Shown piece after piece: positions 49,799 through 57,921 of a DNA stretch of 64,000 nt (position 1 is the first letter of the stretch; every line of letters begins with the position of its first letter). Source of the DNA: an uncultured Clostridia bacterium (lineage in GTDB: Bacteria; Bacillota; Clostridia; Christensenellales; UBA1242); assembly GCA_944384535.1 (NCBI GenBank), contig CALWTS010000031.1, positions 71,461-135,460 on the forward strand, in the 5' to 3' direction. The notes below the pieces were generated by a model that saw only the letters and a list, made by a program, of their open reading frames with translations, was not told where the DNA came from and ran no database searches. The translations under genes and the position numbers were made by a program.

Positions 49799-51307
49799 CT
49801 AGATTACTGAATAGACATCATAAGTTAAAGTTTTTGTTCTAGTTGTTCCACCTTTGAAAGTTCTAGTTATTTCAAGTGTTTCAGTAAATGCATAACTTTT
49901 AATTGGTACATATTCGGTATTGCTTTGGTTTATTGAATAGTTAAGTCCAATTTCTATTTTATCTTCATATACTTTAACAAACTTTAGAAATAAATCTATT
50001 GCTTTGTCAGGACATTCTTTCATTGTTAATTTAAAGAAATTTTGTATATCTTCTCTTGTTAATTCATAGCTAACTTTAGATTCTTCAATTATCAATTTTT
50101 CGCTTAAACCTTTTCTTTGTGTTTCAAGTTCTTCCAATCTAGATTTTGTTGTTTCAGTGATTATTCCTTTTTCTATTGCAGACATTATATTTGAAATAGC
50201 TGTATTTACTCTTTGCAAGTCAGATTTAATGCTTATAAGTGAATTGTTGTTCTTTGTTCGTTTCTTGTTTTCTTCATAGATTAAATCGGTTATTGTGTCT
50301 AGATTCTTTTGAATTGTGAATTGTTGTTTAAAGAATTTATCTACAACACCTTCTATAAAGTTCTTTTCAGTAATTCTTGTTAAGCAGTTGTCATCTTTCT
50401 TTGTTGAAATACATTTGTAATATCTTAAATAGTTTCCATTTCTAGATTTTGTTGAAAATGGATACATTTTTCTATTACAATGACCACAATATAGTTTGTC
50501 TTTAATTCTAAAGATTTCGTGATTATCTTTTCTGCAACCATATCTAGTTAAATTCATTCTTTTTTGTACTTTATCAAATAGTTCTTTAGTTATTATTTGT
50601 GGGTAAATTTTATCATATACTTTGCCATTAACTGAATATTCGCCAGTATATAGTTTTCTTTTGAGCATATCTCTTATTGTTTGTGGTATAAACTTATGTC
50701 CATTTCTTGTTATATTTTCTTTTTCAAAATCTCTTGATATTTGCAATATTGTTTTTCCACTAGCATAATCTTCAAATATTCTTTTTAAAATTATTGCTTC
50801 TTCTTCATTTATCTTTAACATTTTATTCTCCTTTATATAGCCGAAAGATACATCTCCTATAACATGTCCTTTCATCCTTGATTCGTGAAGTCCACGACTT
50901 ACTTTTTGAGCAAGTTCTTCACTAAAGTATTGATTCATTCCTTCGAGTAATGATTCAAGCAAAACTCCTTCAGGTGTTTCTGGAATATTTTCCATAGCGG
51001 ACAAAAGTTTTATTCCATTATCTTTTAAGTGTTTTCTGTGTATTGCAGCTTCATATTTGTTTCTTGCAAATCTGTCTAATTTATACACCAAAACATAGCT
51101 CCATTTTTTGTTGTTGCTATCTTTTAACATTCTTTGGAATGAATATCTTTCATCTGTTGTTCCACTTATTGCTCTGTCGATATATGAATCAACGATGATG
51201 ATGTTGTTGCGTTTTGCAAAGTCTTGACATACATGTACTTGACCTTCAATACTTTGTTCAGTTTGGTTTGTACTGGAATATCTAGCATATATTACTGCTG
51301 TTTTCAT
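49799..51307 (-). CDS. Large serine recombinase
   Basis: AVIYARYSS (catalytic Ser), VYKLDRFARN, recombinase domain, zinc ribbon CGHC...YYKC, coiled coil. Confidence 0.95.
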   Translation of the reverse strand: MKTAVIYARYSSTNQTEQSIEGQVHVCQDFAKRNNIIIVDSYIDRAISGTTDERYSFQRMLKDSNNKKWSYVLVYKLDRFARNKYEAAIHRKHLKDNGIKLLSAMENIPETPEGVLLESLLEGMNQYFSEELAQKVSRGLHESRMKGHVIGDVSFGYIKENKMLKINEEEAIILKRIFEDYASGKTILQISRDFEKENITRNGHKFIPQTIRDMLKRKLYTGEYSVNGKVYDKIYPQIITKELFDKVQKRMNLTRYGCRKDNHEIFRIKDKLYCGHCNRKMYPFSTKSRNGNYLRYYKCISTKKDDNCLTRITEKNFIEGVVDKFFKQQFTIQKNLDTITDLIYEENKKRTKNNNSLISIKSDLQRVNTAISNIMSAIEKGIITETTKSRLEELETQRKGLSEKLIIEESKVSYELTREDIQNFFKLTMKECPDKAIDLFLKFVKVYEDKIEIGLNYSINQSNTEYVPIKSYAFTETLEITRTFKGGTTRTKTLTYDVYSVI

Positions 51308-51407
51308 TTGGTTTTATCTCCTTTTATATTTTTTTATTTATCTTTCGATACCCAGCGAAAGAACAAAAAGGGATAATTATTTTTCAGTGTTATAATCTTT
51401 CTTTTAG

Positions 51408-51450
51408 TGGTCAAGGGTTGCGAAAAGCAATACAATTTACCCTTGACAAC
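51408..51450. repeat. Inverted repeat between rep and recombinase
   Basis: GTCAAGGGT...ACCCTTGAC stem with an inner TTGC-GAAAA-GCAA hairpin. Confidence 0.55.
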
Positions 51451-51484
51451 TAAGACTTTTTGTGCACAATTCGCGGGCGAAAGA

Positions 51485-52360
51485 TTAATAACCCTTTGGT
51501 AGCTTATCTATTAACTCTTTGCTAACAGTTCCTAAAACCTCTCCAGTAGAAAAGTTCAAACATCTAAAGTTGTCAAATAGCAGTATCTTTCTATCTTCTT
51601 GTCCGATAGTGCAAACAACATCATCTTCGAGTATATCTGTTATGAAAAATGTCTGTAAGTGTTTTGAATAGATTACTTTTTCACCAGTTTTTCGTATATA
51701 TTTAAGCATATACATAATGGATTCTTGAGTATGATTAGCATTTTCTATTTTGCTAAAGTCATTTCTTCCAAAACTCTCCAAAAAGAATATGTTTTGGTGT
51801 GTAATTTGCATTTGATGAGTTTTGGTTGAATAATCTCTAGTTTCTATAATTTCGCCAACCATTTCGGCTATTACAAATATTCCATGAAAATGTAATCTTT
51901 TTTGTTCAGGGCTTCGTTCAAAGACTCCTATATATTTCCAACCTTTGCGAGTGGAAAGGTGTCTTAAGCAATTTAGAAATTTAACTCTAAATTCTTCTTC
52001 AGTGAGTTTTGAAGAATCATAAGTGAAAGTGCAGAAGTAGTTCCATTGTTGTAAATTGGCTTTTCGGAATAATCTTGTAAGTCTTACAATTCTGTTTCGT
52101 TTTTCTTTTTCAATTACTTTGTTTACGATTTCTTTAGTTTTTTCAATATCTTTTACTTTTTCGTTTAGTTCATTTACAATTCGTTCTTTCTTTTCCTGTT
52201 TGGTTTCATCAGTACATTCATTTAACATTTCTTTAACTTTCGATTCTGTTTCAGTAGGTTTTACTGATTTATGCTTTTTCTTTTTCCAACTTTGAGTTGT
52301 TTTTGGTATGCCAATGTAATGACTACCATCGAAATATACTTTAGTTTCTTGATAGTCCAT
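51485..52360 (-). CDS. Rolling-circle replication initiator / relaxase (HUH endonuclease)
   Basis: Motif I FCTFTY, motif II RLHFHGI, motif III YMLKYIRK (two tyrosines); SD AGGAG before ATG 52360. Confidence 0.85.
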   Translation of the reverse strand: MDYQETKVYFDGSHYIGIPKTTQSWKKKKHKSVKPTETESKVKEMLNECTDETKQEKKERIVNELNEKVKDIEKTKEIVNKVIEKEKRNRIVRLTRLFRKANLQQWNYFCTFTYDSSKLTEEEFRVKFLNCLRHLSTRKGWKYIGVFERSPEQKRLHFHGIFVIAEMVGEIIETRDYSTKTHQMQITHQNIFFLESFGRNDFSKIENANHTQESIMYMLKYIRKTGEKVIYSKHLQTFFITDILEDDVVCTIGQEDRKILLFDNFRCLNFSTGEVLGTVSKELIDKLPKGY

Positions 52361-52469
52361 TTTGTTTCTCCTTTTCTTCAAGGATTAAATTAAGCATGGC
52401 AACAATAAACTCATGGTCGATAAGCGATAAATCTAGCACATTTTTGATTTCGTTAGTTGTTTTTTGCAT
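52341..52469 (-). CDS. 42-aa protein overlapping the rep start
   Basis: SD AAGGAG + MQKTTNEIKNVLDLSLIDHEFIVAMLNLILEEKEKQNGLSRN*. Confidence 0.5.
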   Translation of the reverse strand: MQKTTNEIKNVLDLSLIDHEFIVAMLNLILEEKEKQNGLSRN

Positions 52470-53007
52470 TTTTTTAACTCCTTTTTTAATTTTTTGGAAT
52501 TAAAAAAGACATAGAAAAAGATTGTTTTTCTACGCCAAAATGTTTACTGCCTTATATTTTCCCTTAAGGCTAAGGTCGGTACTTTTTTTATTTTTAATGG
52601 TTACTTAAAACCTAACTAACTTATTCTTATCTAAACTATACATCTGTAATCTTTCTAATTGTTCAACATTTGCGTTGTCCTTTTAATTCAGTTGTTTTTG
52701 TGTTTCTAACTTGTGCACCAATTAAAAACACAATTTAGTAATACCATTTGAAACTCAAAAAGTGAATGACATAACTTGACATCTTCTTGATGTTTATATG
52801 ACTTATTTTTGATTTCATTTGATATGACTTAGCTTTTAGTTAGTCGACTTTCAACTAAAGGCACTTTGAGAGTATCACGAAAATTTTGAAAAAACAAGAA
52901 AGTAAACCTATACTTTACCTATACAAAATCCAAACAAACATATACTTTACCCAAACTTAATGCAAACAAAAGTATAATGTTTGGGTAGTTTGTTAGGATT
53001 TGTATTC

Positions 53008-53145
53008 AAACTTGCTGCTTGAATGTTCCAGTGAAAATACATACATGAGCAAAAAAAAGAAGGCGTACCCACAATTGCTTTAGCATGTGGACGCCTTTTT
53101 TGCTCATGTTATTTTCCATTCAAGCAGTTTGGGCTCAGCAAGTTT
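53008..53145. repeat. Long imperfect hairpin next to the origin (possible single-strand origin)
   Basis: Nested arms AAACTTGCTG/CAGCAAGTTT, TGCTTGAATG/CATTCAAGCA, ACATGAGCAAAAAA/TTTTTTGCTCATGT, GGCGT/ACGCC, CCACA/TGTGG. Confidence 0.6.
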
Positions 53146-53154
53146 TATTTAGAA

Positions 53155-53222
53155 GTGTGCTTGTCTTCGGTGGAGCGAAGCGACACCGACTTGTATCAAG
53201 ACAAGCACACGTTTAAATGCCA
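53155..53222 (-). repeat. Hairpin repeat copy 2; putative double-strand origin upstream of rep
   Basis: Reverse complement matches 8877-8945 except for two substitutions and one indel; CTTGATA lies on the rep coding strand (53194-53200). Confidence 0.8.
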
Positions 53223-53229
53223 TACATTT

Positions 53230-56200
53230 TTATTTATCAAATGTTTGAATGATTTTATCGAGGAAATCTTTAGCAAGTGGCCTTCTTAAAAATTCATGGT
53301 ATTTTTGGTTTTTGTAGTTTTTAATACAATTATAACAAGCAACATCACAGCAATTTTGACTTACTTTTTCATATGCATATTGGAAAGCTTTTAACATTTC
53401 TTGTTTATTTAACAACCTTTTAACATGTCCAGCTCCTCCAGGAACAGTATCAAATAAAACAAAAACATGCTTATTATTTTCGTTTACATATATACCATCT
53501 ATGTCATTACGTTCTATATCAAAAGCAAAAGCAATCCCTTCTAATAATGCATACAAAGTAGAAATAGCTTGATTATAGCCCCCTTCAAAAGGAAGAGAGA
53601 TTACCATTTTTAATACGTCTGTTTTATATGAAAAGCCCAATCCTTGTCTAATTAGTTTTGTATTATTACATTTAAAATTGTTACCTTCATGTTTTTTATC
53701 TATATGTGGCAACATTGCATGTTCATTATCTATAATTGTATATCCACAATCTTCACATACAAAGAAAGGATTTTCGTTTACGATTAAAAGTTCATCATTT
53801 TTTGTATTATAAAATTGCAAATAATCATTTACCTTTATAACATCTCCATCCAAAGTACCATTTCCTATATATTTTACAGGAGAAGAATAAGATCTTTTAG
53901 GTTTTAACTCTGTAGCTGTATTTCTTTTTATTTCTCCTGTAAACCCAAACTTAGGTGTAATGAATTTACCCAATTCTTTCATTATTTCTTTATTTTTACA
54001 CTCTGGGCATTCAAATGATTCTTGTTCAGAATATCTGAGAACCGTTTTATGGCAATTTGGACATTCATAATAATAAGTTTGTAGTAAAGCGTTTGGCTTA
54101 TTGATATACCTAGACACTATAGTCTTTTTATCCACCATAATTTCTGAGTCAGGTGCGTATTCAGATAAAGCAATTTGCATATCTCTAGTTAAATCATAAT
54201 TATCAGTTTTAACAGATATGTCTTTTATTCTCATTTCTACTAAATCTGTTGGGAATCCATATTTAGGAATTAAATTGCCATCTGCTAATTTACATATAAG
54301 ATCTTTATCTTTTGTAATTAAATTGATTTGTTTAGCGAAATAAGAAATACCATTATCATCGTTATTATCTATTGCTTCCTGCTTTCCTTGTTCAAACTCA
54401 TTTAATAATGTATCAATTTTTTCTTTAGAAAGCTTTATATTTAATTCTGAATTACTCAAAACATTATCTATCCATGTCCCATTCATTAGTTCCTTTGCTT
54501 CTGAAGAACACAATACATCATTTGTACTTTTAATTAAAGATTCTGGTTTAGAATTTAAGAAATCAATAAATAGTTCATATCCACCATCCAAATAGAATGA
54601 TTTAACGCCATCAAATGCTGTAACATTTATTTTAAAAAATTCAGATAATGCCATAGCCAATAAATGTCTATATATTATTTTATGATTTTCCATAGTAAAA
54701 ACTGGAGTATTACATATTCCCTCCACCATTCTTAATGGATTTTCAAAAAAAGTATAATCGTGAGATGTTGGACTACAATATGTCAATACAAAAGCAGAAC
54801 TATCTTGAGCTCTTCCTGCTCGACCAGCTCTTTGTATGTAATTAGAAGGAGAAGGTGGCACATTCCTTAACAAAACATTTTCTAACGAACCAATATCTAT
54901 TCCCATTTCAAAAGTGGTTGAACAACTTAAATAATTTATTTTTTTGTTTTTAAATTCGTTCTGTCTTTCTTTGCCTGTCTCCGCAGAAAGTTGTGCTGTA
55001 TGCTCTTTGTAAACTAATTTTTCTATTTTCTTATTTACATATTGATATCTATAGTAATTATTCTTGAATAGTTCATCTGGATTTGTTAATTCTAATGTAT
55101 CCTTTTCAAAGCAGTGTTGACATATATTTTTTGCATTGAACCTTGTTATCTTACGGCATTTTTTACAATAATACCAATTTGTATCGCTGTATTTATGTAA
55201 ATAAAATTTATCCGCATTTATTGAATAAAGTTTATTCCTTGCATCATATTCATTTAATATCTTTGTTTGAATAAAAACATCCCAAACTTTTTCAATTAAT
55301 TTATCTGCTGTTCCCTTATCAATATTAAACATTTTTTCAGTATAGGTTTCTATTCTATTTGATTTATTAGAATTCGCAAGTAATCCATGAACTGATCTAG
55401 AAATATCTTTATTATCTGAGTCATGAATTTTGTCTGATTTTATTAATCTAACGTGATTATCAAACATTCTATAAGCAAAATAATTTTCTCTATCTTCCTT
55501 GGTTAATCCCTCATAATAGACTGCAGGAATTGTTCTTAGACTATTTATTATAAAATGAAGATATGCTTTAAAATCGTCGATTGTAATAGGTGTTGTAATA
55601 TTCAGACCTTCTTGTTTTATAAAACTGCTCACATCATCGTTATTTAAGTTTTGAACTAATTGTGTAACTGGCATATAATCAAAATAGTATAATCCAAGTC
55701 CTTCACCTCCGTATATACCATCCACATTCAATACTTCTCTTAATAAGGTAATTTTTGCTTGTTTTGTTGATGATAACAAATTATCTCCATTATTAGTATC
55801 AAATAAATCTTGTTTGTCTATTATTGAATCTAGTTTTGCTTCTGCTGTCTCAAATGACATTACTTCATTATCTTTCAGTATTTCAAACAATAGTCTTTTT
55901 CTTAATAATCTGTGATGATTATTTTCCGCAAATTTTACAGCAAAACTTGCTTGTTGTCGAGAATCTGAGAATGAAAGGATTTGTTTGGTGTTTTTATTTA
56001 ATTGATTATTTGAATTAGTATTCCCACCTAATAAAGGATTTGAGTGAACAACAACATCATTTTCTGTATTGTTATTATCTATAGCTTCAAAAAATATTTG
56101 TGTTATAAGAGCTGTTGCTGATTCCTTTCCCATACTTACAGTTCTTATAAGACCTTTCTTTGATTTTCCATTACAAATAGGACAATTTGTAAGATTGTTT

Positions 56201-57921
56201 TTAACTTTGCTGTCAACTTTATTTATTTTATATATAACTATTTTTTCAACATCATTATGCTCACATGCTAATAAAGATTTATCTGCTGTTCTTTCATCAA
56301 TCAGTTTACCACAAATAGGACATAATGAATACTTCTGTAAGTTTGAATAATCAACATCAATATTTTTTATTTCATCCTCTAACACGAAATAGTCTAGAAC
56401 GATGTTTTCATCTTCTTCATAGTTTTCATAAATATCTACTGAATTATTTTGATAAAGTTTACCATTCTTTTCTACCCCTATGATATACATAGAATTGCAT
56501 TTAGAACACGAACCTATCTCAAATGCTTTTTTACCTTTAATATATTCTCTTTGACTTAAAGATAATTGAGGGTTTTCGCCAAGTGTTATAAAAGCACCTG
56601 CAACAGATCTAACAAAAGAATGATACTTGAGATCCATAATTTTTAATCCACATTTTTTACATTTACATATCAAATCAATGAATGCTGACAACATTTCTAC
56701 TGTTTTGAAATCATATTGTTTCATTTTATTGTACAAATCAATAACAGACATTGATGCTGATAATGTGTTATTTAGCAAATATAAATTTCTATCACTAATT
56801 ACTAAGTCATATAACCTATTATCAATATTTGTTTCAGAAGAATTTACATTATACTTATATAGCAAGCTATTTAATGTATCCAAATTATAGTTATTGTAAA
56901 GATTTTCATAATCTATTGGATCAATTTTAAATTTAATGTTTGATGAATCTAATTCAATTCTATCTGAGAACAAAATGTCTTCTTTATTGTATTTTTTAGA
57001 CGTCAATCTATATCCAAACTCTTGTATCTTTTTTATTCCTTCTTCATTGTTTTCTCCAAGAGTAGCACTCGTTAAAATAAATTGTACATCATGACCTATC
57101 CTTTGTTGCAAACGTCTAAGCAACATACCAATTTCAATACCCAAAGCTCCTTTATATGTATGAGCTTCATCTAAAACAATAAATTTCCACTTTTCAGCAT
57201 TTTGTTTAGAAAGAAGTGTATCGTCTTTTGGTCTTAATAAAATATATTCCAACATCGAATAATTGGTAAAAAGAATATGAGGAGGATTCTTTCTAATAGA
57301 CTCCCTATCCAACAACTCATTTCTTCCGACATCATTTCCCGTGGTTGCTTTTATATATTCTCTTGTTCCATCAATATCTCCATCTGTGTTTTTTGTATTA
57401 CCTGTGAAATACCCATATTTGATTTCTGGGTATTTGTTTAAAATTTTTCTAACTCTATCAAATTGATCGTTGACCAAAGCGTTCATCGGAAACAAAAATA
57501 TTGCTCTTATCCCAGGTTCATCTATATTTTTTTCTTGAAGTATTTCATTAATAACTGGATATAAGAATGACTCAGTTTTTCCACTACCCGTACCTGTTGT
57601 TACGATTAAATTATGCCCTTGATGTATAAGTCTAATTGCTTTTTCTTGGTGTGATCGCAACTTTCTATCCAAGTGCATATCTCCAAGTAAACGAAAATCC
57701 TTATGAACAATACCTTCTTCAATAAGTTCATTTATTGTTTTAGTTGTTTTAAATTCTAAATTTTTACTGATATAGGGACCTTTTAAAAGTTGTGTATTAT
57801 TTAATTCTTGCTTAAATTGTTCCCTATATATATCACTTTCTAAATCATATGTAGAGGCTATATATTTTCTAAAGTTATTCTCTATATACTTAGCTTTTTC
57901 TATTGGATTTAAAGTTTGCAT
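53230..57921 (-). CDS. Large DEAD/DEAH helicase with C-terminal DUF1998-like Zn domain (DruE-like)
   Basis: TGTGSGKTESF, PMNALVNDQ, LDEAH, TSAT, STTFEMGIDIG, QRAGRAGR, several CxxC pairs, and C-terminal DTVPGGAG...CDVACYNC. Confidence 0.85.
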   Translation of the reverse strand: MQTLNPIEKAKYIENNFRKYIASTYDLESDIYREQFKQELNNTQLLKGPYISKNLEFKTTKTINELIEEGIVHKDFRLLGDMHLDRKLRSHQEKAIRLIHQGHNLIVTTGTGSGKTESFLYPVINEILQEKNIDEPGIRAIFLFPMNALVNDQFDRVRKILNKYPEIKYGYFTGNTKNTDGDIDGTREYIKATTGNDVGRNELLDRESIRKNPPHILFTNYSMLEYILLRPKDDTLLSKQNAEKWKFIVLDEAHTYKGALGIEIGMLLRRLQQRIGHDVQFILTSATLGENNEEGIKKIQEFGYRLTSKKYNKEDILFSDRIELDSSNIKFKIDPIDYENLYNNYNLDTLNSLLYKYNVNSSETNIDNRLYDLVISDRNLYLLNNTLSASMSVIDLYNKMKQYDFKTVEMLSAFIDLICKCKKCGLKIMDLKYHSFVRSVAGAFITLGENPQLSLSQREYIKGKKAFEIGSCSKCNSMYIIGVEKNGKLYQNNSVDIYENYEEDENIVLDYFVLEDEIKNIDVDYSNLQKYSLCPICGKLIDERTADKSLLACEHNDVEKIVIYKINKVDSKVKNNLTNCPICNGKSKKGLIRTVSMGKESATALITQIFFEAIDNNNTENDVVVHSNPLLGGNTNSNNQLNKNTKQILSFSDSRQQASFAVKFAENNHHRLLRKRLLFEILKDNEVMSFETAEAKLDSIIDKQDLFDTNNGDNLLSSTKQAKITLLREVLNVDGIYGGEGLGLYYFDYMPVTQLVQNLNNDDVSSFIKQEGLNITTPITIDDFKAYLHFIINSLRTIPAVYYEGLTKEDRENYFAYRMFDNHVRLIKSDKIHDSDNKDISRSVHGLLANSNKSNRIETYTEKMFNIDKGTADKLIEKVWDVFIQTKILNEYDARNKLYSINADKFYLHKYSDTNWYYCKKCRKITRFNAKNICQHCFEKDTLELTNPDELFKNNYYRYQYVNKKIEKLVYKEHTAQLSAETGKERQNEFKNKKINYLSCSTTFEMGIDIGSLENVLLRNVPPSPSNYIQRAGRAGRAQDSSAFVLTYCSPTSHDYTFFENPLRMVEGICNTPVFTMENHKIIYRHLLAMALSEFFKINVTAFDGVKSFYLDGGYELFIDFLNSKPESLIKSTNDVLCSSEAKELMNGTWIDNVLSNSELNIKLSKEKIDTLLNEFEQGKQEAIDNNDDNGISYFAKQINLITKDKDLICKLADGNLIPKYGFPTDLVEMRIKDISVKTDNYDLTRDMQIALSEYAPDSEIMVDKKTIVSRYINKPNALLQTYYYECPNCHKTVLRYSEQESFECPECKNKEIMKELGKFITPKFGFTGEIKRNTATELKPKRSYSSPVKYIGNGTLDGDVIKVNDYLQFYNTKNDELLIVNENPFFVCEDCGYTIIDNEHAMLPHIDKKHEGNNFKCNNTKLIRQGLGFSYKTDVLKMVISLPFEGGYNQAISTLYALLEGIAFAFDIERNDIDGIYVNENNKHVFVLFDTVPGGAGHVKRLLNKQEMLKAFQYAYEKVSQNCCDVACYNCIKNYKNQKYHEFLRRPLAKDFLDKIIQTFDK

